Part shown: piece after piece, positions 50,825-63,140 of the stretch | How the letters are laid out: each line of letters opens with the position of its first letter | Position numbering within the stretch: the stretch's first letter is position 1 | Assembly (NCBI GenBank): GCA_002269645.1 | Contig: NIVC01000158.1 | Location: forward strand, 62,001-126,000 | DNA length: 64,000 nt | From: Macrostomum lignano | Lineage: Eukaryota | Reading direction: 5' to 3' | The notes under the pieces: model-generated | What the model was told of the DNA's origin: nothing | Seen by the model: the letters and a program-made list of their open reading frames with translations, nothing else | Database searches by the model: none | Program-made: the position numbers and the translations under genes

Positions 50825-51100
50825 TCAGCTCAAAAGTGGAACCCATTTTTTGATTTTCGACGCCACACCGTTGACTGCTTTAAAAAGAAAGGAAAAGCCG
50901 TTCCAGCCGTTTCGCCTCGCTTCCTTCAACTCCAACAATTTGTTGTTTTGAAGTTTTATCATCGCCCTGTAAGCCTGTTCATTTGACTGTCGCAAGTTTT
51001 TCACCTCTTGTCTGAGAATTTCTATATCACTGCGCATGTGCAGATAGTCCATAGCAACCATTCCCACTATGACGCACAGTATGGAGCCCAGATATTGCAT
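50825..51100 (-). CDS. Short paralogue (91 aa) of the coiled-coil protein with a single repeat unit
   Basis: MQYLGSILCVIVGMVAMDYL...LRQEVKNLRQSNE...RAMIKL...EARRN; flanking DNA shared with 43920-44684. Confidence 0.6.
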   Translation of the reverse strand: MQYLGSILCVIVGMVAMDYLHMRSDIEILRQEVKNLRQSNEQAYRAMIKLQNNKLLELKEARRNGWNGFSFLFKAVNGVASKIKKWVPLLS

Positions 51101-51277
51101 TGCTCACTATTCAGAGTCTGAAATGGTAGAGAAAAAGTGCAAGTGGTTTAAGCTAGAGATTACGCACTCGAGTTTATTCATATTGCTGAGTATTGCAGTT
51201 GCAGTTGAGAAGAAAGTGAGTAATAAACTGCTCCAGTAAATTGCATTGATATGCACTTGGCTGGACAGCCACGAAAT

Positions 51278-52055
51278 GGGTCACCGACTTTTCACTGCCA
51301 CAGTTTAACTCCTGGACCTTTGACTGCCAGACTTTTGACTGCCGGCGACTTTTGACTGCCAGACTTTTGACTGCCGGACTTTTGACTGCCAGACTTTTGA
51401 CTGCCGGACTTTTGACTGCCAGACTTTTGACTGCCAGACTTTTGACTGCCAGACTTTTGACTGCCGGACTTTTGACTGCCGGCGACTTTTGACTGCCAGA
51501 CTTTTGATTGCCGGAAATACCACATTATACTTGTTCTTATTTATGATTAGTTAGTACTTTTAATCAATAAGCGATCGATAAATGAATACGAATTCGCTAA
51601 TTCAGTCATCATTAGTCGTAACTGTGAATTAGTCAATTAGTAATTATAAGTTAACAATAACAACAATCTTAGAAATAAGACTTGTTTATTATTGTTGAGA
51701 TGCCCCAAAAACCTTTGGAATGGGGAAATTAAACCTACTAAATTCATATTCTCAGAATTATTCAGGGATTGAAATATCTTCTGCAGCCATTTCATGGGCT
51801 GACGTCTCATATATTTACTCATTCACTATATTCACTCGCTATCACTACATGCTGTTTCTGTGCCTCCCTCGTAAAAAGATCTCCTTCCACCTATTCAAGA
51901 ATCTCCTGCATCTCCCAAGTAAACTGTCCTCTGGCTCCGTTCTGTAGATTCTCCTCCCAGCCCAAATGTAAAATGAAAAGATGACTAGGCAGTCAAAAGT
52001 CGCCGGCAGTCAAAAGTCCAGAAGTCAAATTGTGGCAGTCAAAAGTCGGTGACCC
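51278..52055. mobile_element. Foldback-like element, >=51-bp imperfect TIRs, 15-bp array (acttttgactgccag)n in left arm
   Basis: gggtcaccgacttttcactgccaca... vs ...tgtggcagtcaaaagtcggtgaccc (46/51 matches); no TSD found. Confidence 0.78.
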
Positions 52056-55000
52056 GTGAAAACCCGTTGTCTTTTGTCAAAATCTCTGGATGCACAAGGC
52101 GACGCTTGATTTCGCTCTTTAACGCACTGTGCGCCACTACTACACGGGATTTAGAAATGGCAAGTAACAGTGCCAAGATGTGCCAGCCAGCCTTCTGTCC
52201 GTCACGAGGTAACTGCATTCATGATGCCAAGTCTCGCTGTATCTGCGTTTTTATTTATTCTTAATCTAGTTACAGTACATATATACAACGATTTTGTGTA
52301 GGATATCAAATGTTTCAGACCCAATCGCAGTAATGTCACTCCTTTTATGATTTTCGACACGACTTAAAAACAATAAGTTTCCATTTTCCTCTATCGATGA
52401 CTTAATTAAAGAGTGAGACAACTAATCCTCCACCGCTTGAACCAGACACTCTGTTTTCATTGCTGGCTAGGCGCAACTGAATTGCTATGAGGATATTGTT
52501 TGACTCGATGCCTGAGTTTGAGCAACTGCTCACTTTATTCATACGGTCTAATATTATCAAAGAAGTTTACTTACCCTTGTTTACTTGTAAATTGTAATTG
52601 TACTTTTTCATGGATGATGCTTCGTAACAGTCAAGCACTGTAGCTTTGGCATTTGGCAACCGTTAACAGCAGTTATGCAGCAGTTATAAACGAAAAACGA
52701 AAATCTAACCTTTTTGAAGTGCCAATCACCCTTTATGCACGAAACGGAATTTATTTTTAGCCTGTGCTCTACGGTCACTTGATTGGTACACGGGCCTGCT
52801 CAACCAAACTGCTCATTCAAAAAAGCTATAGCCTATTATACATGCGCATTACAGGCACGAAGGTAGGGGGGGGGGGGGGGTTGAGACGCTCGCCCAAGTA
52901 GACAGGCAAAAATTATTTTCCCCAATTCTCGCTTTTAACTGCCATAGCTACGAGTGTACATGCATGTGTGATCAAACAAAGCAGAGCTGAAACTGTGTGC
53001 TAAAGTACAGAAGAATTTACGACTACGAGTAAACGGAACTGCTCACGAAAGGTTTAAAAAATTGAAGTAACTTTCTCTATTCGCTATTGTCTGTTAGTAC
53101 TTACTTACCTGACGCATGACTTTACTTTTATGGGCTGCGTCTTTTGTTCTTGTTATTCCGTTTAAAGTGCATGTATGTTTTCTCGGCTTTTAAATTCGAA
53201 CTACACTTTTCTAGGTCTAAGGCCCAGTAGGAAGTCCAGACTTTGACGAGGGAATAATAGGGAATACAATTCCCCCTAAGCAAATTCCCTGGGGATGGAT
53301 TCCCTAGAGTAATGTTAGAGAAAGTTCTCGCACACGCCTGCGAAGCATGAAGAGCAGTGCTCAGTGGGGCAGACTTCGTGTAATGGATGCAAGTTCTTGG
53401 CGATGGACAAAACCACCTGTCAGAATTCCGATTACTGAAGTAGGAAGTCAATCCTGTGTTCCCGGGATTAACCTTCGGTATAACCCTCATTAGAACTCCA
53501 GTTTTGTTAAAATAAAGACAAGCACACAGGGTGGCAAAAGTTTATATCAGAACTTGCAAGTAAATAATTATAAAACTATTATTCTATTGATGCAAGTTGA
53601 AAATTCGGCCGCACTTTAATAAAAACTGTTTATTAAATAACTTTTATCAGTTTCATAATTAATTCAGGTAAGAAGAAAATGATACACGTTTCAAATTAGC
53701 AATTTGAAAAGCATTTTATATGCGGGAAATGAAATATAGCGTATTGAAACAATTTTTTAAACAGTAAATTTCATTCTTATCTTATCTATAAGCGAGGTTA
53801 TACTGGTAATTTAAGATAAGAGGAAAATTTATTTCATCAAGCAATTAGCGTCATATTATAAGCTGAATATTAATTATTGGCCAGGTTTGGCACTGATAAT
53901 GCCAATACAAAACAGAACCACGGTGTGTTTATTCAGTCGTTTTTTTTAATTACTAAATTTATATACGCAATTCGTGTGAACTTTAAATAAACAAATAAAC
54001 ATATATATTGACACAGTCTAGCGCGCAATAGTAAAATAATATGTAGCTAATTATAATAATTTAATTTAATATCAAGAACGGAGAAATCTGATCTGACCAA
54101 ACCAGACAATGTCCGTGCCTTTGGGATGCCCAGCTGTTTTGCTGCAGTGACTTTGGTGAATTTTGAAACTATGTATGTATTGAAAATACAGAACACATTA
54201 CAGAACAGACAAGTTCATAAATTCCATAAAATGAGTAGCGCAATGCAAGCTCCGGCATCGTAGGCTCAAAAGCTAAGGACCTTAATTTATGCTTACAAAA
54301 ATACCGTCCCATTAACTAAAATCCTGCACTGACTACTTTTAGTAGAGACTGATTCCTGCCGACAATGCTTGTTTTGAAACAGTAATATAAAGATTTTGGA
54401 TTCACAGGTAGCGCAGAGTTAAATTGTTAGTGGCAAACTAGGAGAAAAGGAAGGCTCTGAATTGTCTCTTGTCTCGAGACAGGAGGGAGAGAGAAGACAG
54501 CAGGAGGACATCAAAGATAAAATTTCATACCTAGAACTAAAATGTAGCACAAAAACTCGCTTACTACTACTACTACTGGCCAGATTAGAGTATAAGTAAG
54601 TAGTTCGGCACATAGACGCCCTCGCAGATTATAAAAATGGAGTTAATTCAAATTAAAGCAACTATTGATGGCAAAACAGCAAGTTTACAACAGCAACAAC
54701 CCGAGAGCCTGGATTATATCGAATATAAAAACGCATACGAGTTTAAAAGAGAAATTGCTAAGCGCGAAAATATATTTTAAAAAAATAAACACGGTGGCAA
54801 AAGGAAGCGGAAGGCAGCTTTAGGAGTAGCACAATTCATATCTATTGATAAGTCTATCCTATTAGCAAACAAAAAGGACCAGCGCGCTAAAAGCAAATAT
54901 ATTGCGGCACAGAGCGAGGAGGGGGCGTGAAAACGCCGCAAAAATTGAGTTTTGAGTCGAACACAACAGGATAACTACATAATCGGATACAATCCATCTC

Positions 55001-55084
55001 GATTCGCGCGGTATCCCAACGTTTTTTAAGGGCCACGGAACGTGATATTGGGGAAATTCGGAATTCTATAATATTCGGTGTCCT

Positions 55085-55670
55085 GTGGGATGCGGAATTC
55101 TATGGGATTTGGGATTCTGCAGGATTTGGGATTCTATGGGATTTGGGATCCTGTGGGATTCGAGATTCAATGGGATTTGGGATCCTTTAGGATTTGGAAT
55201 TCTATGGGATTTGGGATTCTGTAGAATTCGGGATTCTATGGGATTTGGGATTCGATGGGATTTGGGATTCTATGTGATTTGGGATCCTTTGGGATACGGG
55301 ATTCATTGGGATTTGGGATAATGCAGGATTCGAGATTCAATGGAATTTGGGATCCTTTAGGATTTGGAATTCTATGGGATTTGGGATTCGATGGGATTTG
55401 GGATTCTATGTGATTTGGGATCCTTTGGGATACGGGATTCATTGGGATTTGGGATCATGCAGGATTCGGGATTCTATGGGATTTGGGATCCTGTGGGATT
55501 CGGGATTCGATGGGATTTGGGATCCTGTAGGACTGGGGATTCTATGTGATTTGGGATCCTGTGGGATTCGGGATTCATTGGGATTTGGGATCCTGCAGGA
55601 TTTGGGATTCTGCAGAGTTTGGGATTCTATGGGATTTGGGATTCTATTGAATTATGGATAACGCAGGATT
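55085..55670. repeat. Composite ~16-17-bp gggatttgggattc minisatellite
   Basis: Read directly. Confidence 0.9.
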
Positions 55671-56319
55671 CCAGATGCAACAGGATACTTAAGGATTGTG
55701 TTAAAAATTGGGATCTTATAAAATTTCAAATCACTGGATCACACGCAGCTCCAGATAGAGTCCAAAATTCAAACGACGACAAGGAAAGGCAAGCTGAATT
55801 TTATGAAACTGTTCGCAACCGAAAGCAAGCGACTGTTTTCTGTTGTACAATACGCGTCCGCAATGTACAGTAAGGGGCGCAGTGAAGGCACAGCCATATA
55901 TGGAGAGAGCAAGTCTACTGCTACACATACTGTACGCTATTAAATATACTTGTGCAATAATATATCAATAGATCAACAGAAACTAAAGACGCAAGTTAAA
56001 TAATATTTATGAATACAGTTAATATTCGTATTTATATAGGCGAAGTAAGCACAAGCGAGATGAGTAGTATAGTATGAAGTAGTAGTAGTAGCACTAGACC
56101 AGTGACGATGAATTGAAACGAAAAAATGATTTGCTCGAACACAGAAGTAAGTCAGAACTGAGCTGCAATGACACCCAGCAGCAGTTACAGATGGACTTCG
56201 AAATTGACAAAATTATTTACAGAGAAACTGTACTCATTTATCTACTCGATCAGGTAGCTTACGGCTTTCGCGTAGGTGCACAGGCTTAGGATCGGGATTC
56301 AGGAAGTAGACATCGGCAT

Positions 56320-57215
56320 CTCTGAAATTAAGCGTGGAATTTTGGGACTAAATATCGGGATCTCGGGAATTAAGCGTGGGGATTTTGGGACTAAACATTG
56401 AGATCTCGGGGATTAAGCGTGGGGATTTTGGGACTAAACATCGGTATCTCGGAAATTAAGCGTGGGGATTTTGGGACTAAACATTGAGATCTCGGGGATT
56501 AAGCGTGGGGATTTCGGGACTAAACATTGGGATCTCGGGGATTAAACACGGGGATTTTGGGACTAAACATCGGTATCTCGGAAATTAAGCGTGGGGATTT
56601 CGGGACTAAACATTGGGATCTCGGGGATTAAACACGGGGATTTTGGGACTAAACATCGGTATCTCGGAAATTAAGCGTGGGGATTTCGGGACTAAACATT
56701 GGGATCTCGGGGATTAAACACGGGGATTTTGAAACTAAACATCGGGATCACGGGGATTAAGCGCGGGGATTTTGGGACTAAACATCGGTATCTCGGAAAT
56801 TAAGCGTGGGGATTTCGGGACTAAACATTGGGATCTCGGGGATTAAACACGGGGATTTTGGGACTAAACATCGGGATCACGGGGATTAAGCGCGGGAATT
56901 TTGGGACTAAACATCGGTATCTCGGAAATTAAGCGTGGGGATTTCGGGACTAAACATTGGGATCTCGGGGATTAAACACGGGGATTTTGGGACTAAACAT
57001 CGGGATCACGGGGATTAAGCGCGGGGATTTTGGGACTAAACATCGGGATCACGGGGATTAAGCGCGGGGATTTTGGGACTAAACATCGGGATCACGGGGA
57101 TTAAGCGCGGGGATTTTGGGACTAAACATCGGGATCACGGGGATTAAGCGTGGGGATTTTTGGACAAAACATCCGGAGAATTTGGGACTTAACATTGGGA
57201 TCTCGAGATCGGGAT
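56320..57215. repeat. 43-bp minisatellite with alternating variants (cgggatcacggggattaagcgcggggattttgggactaaacat)
   Basis: Period counted at 57001-57043. Confidence 0.94.
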
Positions 57216-57307
57216 ATAATCTTACCGGCACCAATTGAAAAAAGCCAACCAACCGAGCGAACAGGTACTCAACTCTTACAGGCAAAAGACAGGCAGTGAA
57301 TAAAAAA

Positions 57308-57818
57308 TCAGATCCGCAGCTCGTTGGCGATGCGACTGGCGATGTTCTTGAAGCCTATAGAGGTGCCGCTAATCCGTTTGAATCGAACGCCGTTAAGCGA
57401 CAGTCGCGGCAGTTTGCAGACTTCTATCTCGAACTGGACATTGGAGCCAGTCTGGGCGTCGCCGTTGGCGCACGACAGCAGGAAAGTCTCGACCCTCTCG
57501 TACTCGCACTGGTTCTTGCTCAGCACGCGCAGAATCTCCTGCATGATGGCGTTCGGCTCCAACGATGAGGTCGTCTTCATTGAGAAAGTAAACCGGAGCG
57601 AGCGCGGCTTCGACGACCCGCCGCCGGCTTGGCTGGATTCGTCGCCGCCTCCGACGCTGGTTACGTTGCTGTTCGAGTCCGGCGTCACCGCCGGCGCGCC
57701 TGCGCCGGAACTTGAGGCGGCGGCGCCACCTTGAGCGCCGCCGGCGGCAGCGGCCGCACCGGAAGAGGAAGACGTCGAAGCTTGACTGCCGGAGGCGCCG
57801 CCCGAAGAGCGCCGGAAA
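57308..57818 (-). CDS. MARK: MARK/Par-1 kinase, last exon with KA1 domain
   Basis: [16 protein letters not shown]...[41 protein letters not shown]; acceptor gtcgcAG. Confidence 0.93.
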
Positions 57819-57869
57819 CTGCGACTGGCATGGAGGTTGCGGGATCGATCGATATTTGGGGATCAGGGG

Positions 57870-58715
57870 TATTAGGATCCTCCTGAATCCGAGATTGAGG
57901 ATCCCTGAATCCAAGATTGAGGATCTCTGAATCCGAGATTGAAGATCCCTGAATCCGGGATTGAAGATCCCTGAATCGAAGATTGAGGATCTCTGAATCC
58001 AAGATTGAGGATCTCTGAATCCGGGATTGAAGATCCCTGAATCCGGGATTGAAGATCCCTGAATCGAAGATTGAGGATCCCTGAATCGAAGATTGAGGAT
58101 CTCTGAATCCGAGATTGAAGATCCCTGAATCCGAGATTGAAGATCCCTGAATCCGAGATTGAAGATCCCTGAATCGAAGATTGAGGATCCCTGAATCCAA
58201 GATTGAAGATCCCTGAATCCGAGATTGAAGATCCTGAATCGAAGATTGAGGATCCCTGAATCCAAGATTGGGGATCCCTGAATCCGACATTGAAGATCCC
58301 TGAATCGAAGATTGAGGATCCCTGAATCCAAGATTGAAGATCCCTGAATCCGAGATTGAAGATCCCTGAATCGAAGATTGAGGATCCCTGAATCCAAGAT
58401 TGAAGATCCCTGAATCCGAGATTGAAGATCCCTGAATCGAAGATTGAGGATCCCTGAATCCAAGATTGGGGATCCCTGAATCCGACATTGAAGATCCCTG
58501 AATCGAAGATTGAGGATCCCTGAATCCAAGATTGAAGATCCCTGAATCCGAGATTGAAGATCCCTGAATCGAAGATTGAGGATCCCTGAATCCAAGATTG
58601 GGGATCCCTGAATCCGACATTGAAGATCCCTGAATCGAAGATTGAGGATTCCTGAATCCAAGATTGGGGATCCCTGAATCCAAGAATGAGGATTCCTGAA
58701 TCCAAGATCAGGGAA
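57870..58715. repeat. ~22-bp minisatellite (gattgaagatccctgaatccga)n, intronic
   Basis: Read directly. Confidence 0.95.
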
Positions 58716-59059
58716 ACCATTCAATCAATGATTTAGGCGCCTTCAATTCTTCAATCCAGAAGCAAACATTGGAGATTTCTGAAAACCCAGAAAAATCCTA
58801 CAATTGGCTGTTCAGACTACTAGCTAAAAAGTAGTAAAAAGTACTATGGCAATCACTTTTGGACTTGAACCAGTGCAGTTCAGTTATATAAACTGTACAA
58901 TGCGTCCAAACAGGCTCTGGACGCAAATTTTTACGAGTAATTAAACGGGAAAATGAAATTCTGTTTGGCTATGTTTCTCCGTGTACTAGGTACAGGAAAC
59001 ATTGTGGAGGGCAATAACGGACATTGCTTCAAATAAACAAAACTGATAACTACACTCAC

Positions 59060-59377
59060 CCGCTACTGCCGTGACGGCCAAAATTGAAGCTCAGCTTCTT
59101 GTGAAACAGTCGGCCGAGTACCGACATTCTGGCGTTATCTTGCGGCGCTTGCGCCTGCTGCGCCTGCGGCTGCATCTGAGTCTCGAACTGGGCCCGCTCC
59201 TTGTTGCCTGTGCCCTGCACTGTACGCCGAGCGTTGCTATTGCGAGAGAACTCGCCGCTGGGCGCATTGGGAAAAATCCCAGTTGCCGGCGGGGATCCGA
59301 CGCCCGGATGGAGAGGCTTAGATCGGGGCTCGCGCATCGACTGCTGCACCCAGGTGTCTCGGCTGGGGCCGCCAAAT
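59060..59377 (-). CDS. MARK: MARK/Par-1 kinase, spacer exon
   Basis: FGGPSRDTWVQQ...FSRNSNARRTVQG...SVLGRLFHKKLSF; phases fit both neighbours (acceptor acacAG, donor GTGAGT). Confidence 0.78.
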
Positions 59378-59564
59378 CTGTGTGCGTTATGATTATGCTT
59401 ATATACACACTATTTGGCCCCCCCTGGCTGATTTTAGTGAACAACTCAAAAACCCTGGGACACACGGGGGGGGGGGCAGAGCAGCTCGGAGGTAAACACC
59501 GGTCTGACTCTCGCGTCACAATACCTGGATCGATTCCGAGCGCAAACATTCATTTGGGAATCGG

Positions 59565-60060
59565 GGGCGACTCTCATGGTGGAATCAGGGCGACTCTCAT
59601 GGTGGAATCAGGGCGACTCTCATGGTGGAATCGGGGCGACTCTCATGGTGGAATCGGGGCGACTCTCATGGTGGAATCCGGGGCGACTCTCATGGTGGAA
59701 TCGGGGCGACTCTCATGGTGGAATCCGGGGCGACTCTCATGGTGGAATCGGGGCGACTCTCATGGTGGAATCAGGGCGACTCTCATGGTGGAATCGGGGC
59801 GACTCTCATGGTGGAATCAGGGCGACTCTCATGGTGGAATCGGGGCGACTCTCATGGTGGAATCAGGGCGACTCTCATGGTGGAATCAGGGCGACTCTCG
59901 AGGTGGAATCGGGGCGACTCTCATGGTGGAATCGGGGCGACTCTCATGGTGGAATCGGGGCGACTCTCATGGTGGAATCGGGGCGACTCTCATGGTGGAA
60001 TCGGGGCGACTCTCATGGTGGAATCGGGGCGACTCTCATGGTGGAATCGGGGCGACTCTC
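59565..60060. repeat. 23-bp minisatellite (ggggcgactctcatggtggaatc)n, intronic
   Basis: Read directly. Confidence 0.96.
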
Positions 60061-60081
60061 TAGACATGAAAAAGCACTCAC

Positions 60082-61384
60082 GCCGCAGGCTGCTGCATAG
60101 CATAATTGGTCGATGACTGATCGTAGCCCGTTGAAGTCGGCGGTTGCCTTGGCCGCGGCGGCGGCTGCTGCTGCTGGCGCCGGTCCTGAGCCGATCCGCT
60201 GGACCCGCCAGACTGCGTGTTCGTCCTGCGAACACCGGCGCCGCCCTGCCCGGCCTGGTTATAATAATGATCGGCTGGCTGGAAACCGCCCTGTTGCTGC
60301 TGCTGAGACGTTGACGGGGGGCCGTTACGAGACCCGGCGGCTGTCAGGCTGCGTGCTACCGGCACCGGCCTCTGCTGCTGCTGAGGCATCGGCGGAATCG
60401 GCGGAGGCGGCTGGCCCCTGGCCGACTGCGAGTGATTCGACCTGGGAGTCGAGTAGCCGCCGCTGCCGCTGGGCTCTGCCGTGCTTCGCCGACTGCCCGC
60501 CCCGCCGACAACCGACGCCGGCGCCTGGCTGGCTGACGCCGACCGACCGACGCCGCCGGCCCCGACGCTGGCGCCGCTGTGAGCGGTGGGCCCAGAAGCC
60601 AGCGACGCCTGATGCGGATGGTGCTGGGCCGGGGTGCGCAGACTGTGCGAGCTGGCCGATCTAGAAGCGTCGCCGCCGTCGCCGAACGGCTGATGCCGCC
60701 GGCTGAGCAGCAGGTAGGTGGCGGTGACATTGTCAAATCGTTGGTTGCTCAACGATTCGCGAATCTGCTCCCTAGTGAAGCCCATGCTGAGCATAGTCTC
60801 TGTGACCACCTGGTTATAGTAGTCGGGCTCTGGCTCCGAGTAGGGACTCAGCGGCGCGTCCTCGAAGCCGATGTTCATCCAGCGATCGTGCATGACGCCC
60901 TCCAAAGTGTGCCGCTTGGTGGGATTGAGCACCAGCATCCGCTTGAGCAGGGATTCGCAATCCGTGCTCATGTAGAACGGGATCCGGTATTTGCCGCGCA
61001 GCACCCGCTCGCGTAGCTCTTTAAGATTTTGCCCGTCGAATGGCAGCGAGCCACTGACCAGGGTGTAGAGAATGACGCCCAGACTCCACACGTCCACTTC
61101 GGGGCCTTCGTACTTCTTGCCCTGGAACAGCTCCGGGGCTGCGTAGGGCGGCGAGCCGCAGAATGTGTCCAACCGCTGGCCGGGGTTGTACTCGTTGCTG
61201 AAGCCGAAATCGGCTATTTTAATATTCAAATCCGAGTCCAATAGCAGATTTTCGGCCTTCAAATCGCGATGCACAATGCGCTTCTGGTGGCAATATTGCA
61301 CTGCGCTTACTATTTGACGAAATTTTACTCTGGCCTCTTTCTCTTTCATGCGACCGTGCGCTACCAGGTAGTCGAATACTTCGC
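60082..61384 (-). CDS. MARK: MARK/Par-1 kinase, kinase C-lobe, UBA and spacer exon
   Basis: [19 protein letters not shown]...[12 protein letters not shown]...IADFGFSNE...[21 protein letters not shown]. Confidence 0.96.
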
Positions 61385-61449
61385 CTGCGGACAGGTGGGT
61401 GATTGGATAGGCTTGAGCAGCTGACTGCTTTCTTGGGGTGAGTAGCAGG

Positions 61450-61870
61450 CGATTTTTGCGACTCAGAGGGGTATTTTTGGAGCTGAGAAGGGGAATCTTA
61501 GGAGCTGAGAAGGGGAATCTTAGGAGCTGAGTAGGGATTTTTTGGAGCTGAGTAGGGGTATTTTTGGAGCCGAGTATTCATATCTTTGGAACTGAGTAGA
61601 GATATCTTTGGAACTGAGTAGGGGTATTTTTGGAACTGAGTAGGGGTATTTTCGGAGCTGAGTACGCGTATCTCTGAGAGTTGAGTAGGGGTATTTTTGA
61701 GCTGAGTAGGGGTATTTTCGGAGCTGAGTACGGGTATCTCTGAGAGTTGAGAGGGGTATTTTTGAGCTGAGTAGGGGTATTTTTGAGCTGAGTACGGGTA
61801 TCTCTGAGAGTTGAGTAGGGGTATTTTTGGAGCTGAGTAGGGGTATTTTCGGAGCCGAGTAGGGATATTT
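61450..61870. repeat. ~22-bp minisatellite (gagtaggggtatttttggagct)n, intronic
   Basis: Read directly. Confidence 0.92.
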
Positions 61871-61909
61871 TTGAAGCACATTATGAGCAGAATCAAGATT
61901 TACACTAAC

Positions 61910-61975
61910 CTCCGCTAGCATACTCCATGACTAGATACAGAGTCCTCTCCGTTGTGATGACCTCGTAGAGTCGAA
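61910..61975 (-). CDS. MARK: MARK/Par-1 kinase exon
   Basis: (V)RLYEVITTERTLYLVMEYASG; canonical sites, phase 1/1. Confidence 0.93.
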
Positions 61976-62056
61976 CTGGAATAGAACTTCAATTGATAAA
62001 TGAAATTTGTACTATTAAATTCCAATTCGCAGTAATAAACAAATAGGTGAACTTAC

Positions 62057-62105
62057 CAATATTTGGATGGTCCAACGTCTTCATTATTTTTACCTCGCGA
62101 AACAC
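62057..62105 (-). CDS. MARK: MARK/Par-1 kinase exon (upstream exons outside window)
   Basis: VFREVKIMKTLDHPNI; acceptor ttacAG, donor GTAAGT. Confidence 0.93.
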
Positions 62106-62629
62106 CTGTAAAAGACGGTGCGAGGATGGATTTCTATTTCTCAATAAAAATTTACCGCAATACACTACACATTAACGATGGAGAAGAAGTCGCGACTTGA
62201 AATAACCCATCCCCAAAAAAGAAAATGATAAAAAGTACAAATAGAAAAAGATCGTCGCCTAAATTTGTATTGCGGACGGGTAGCTAAGAGTAGCTCACAC
62301 ACTGACTGCAGATTCAGAGCGGAGACGCGTGACTCACTCTATAAGTCAAAGTGAAAACTGACTGGGTCGGAGTAAAGAGAGAGAGAGAGCGAGAAAGTTT
62401 CTCCGTCTGAACAGACCAGTTTGCGGCGGGAATTCTCTGGCACAATTGTGGGACTAATACATTGAATATCATGTGTACATGCGCGCGCAGGTGTTGCGGT
62501 AGCTGGCTAGCTAGCAACTATGGATACCTGGCTGGGGCTGGGGGGACGGATAGGTGAATTGTGAAGTGTTGCAACCTATTTGCTTGTGTGGAATTTGGAT
62601 CTGTCGGCCTATATATATATATGATAATT

Positions 62630-63049
62630 ATTTAGTCTCTGTCTGTCTGCCTGTCTGTCGGTCTGTCTGTCTGTCTTAGTGTCTGTCTGTCCGTACTAGT
62701 GTCTGTCTGTCTATCTGTCTGTCTGTCTGCCTGTATGTCTGCTCATGTCTGTCTTAGTGTCTGTCTGACTGTCTGTCTGTCCGTACTAGTGTCTGTCTGT
62801 CTGCCTGCCTGTCTGTCGGTCTGTCTGTCTGTCTTAGTGTCTGTCTGTCCGTACTAGTGTCTGTCTGTCTATCTGTCTGTCTGTCTGCCTGTATGTCTGC
62901 TCATGTCTGTCTTAGTGTCTGTCTGACTGTCTGTCTGTCCGTACTAGTGTCTGTCTGTCTATCTGTCTGTCTGTCTGTCTGTCTGTCTTAGTGTCTGTCT
63001 TAGTGTCTGTCTGACTGTCTGTCTGTCCGTACTAGTGTCTGTCTGTCTA

Positions 63050-63092
<43 letters not shown>

Positions 63093-63140
63093 TAGTGTCT
63101 GTCTTAGTGTCTGTCTTAGTGTCTGTCTGTCTGTCTGTCT
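62630..63140. repeat. Interrupted (TGTC)n microsatellite with higher-order repeats
   Basis: Read directly. Confidence 0.95.

Noticed and set aside
53128-53490. 120-aa minus-strand ORF
   Set aside because: No recognisable domain; partly overlaps duplicated non-coding sequence
57393-60116. Long repetitive ORFs (57393-58724, 59071-60063 and similar)
   Set aside because: Products of intronic minisatellites; the spliced MARK model explains the real exons
62105-62125. aaagacggt similarity to a flatworm spliced-leader sequence
   Set aside because: Short chance match at a MARK acceptor; no SL donor or Sm site
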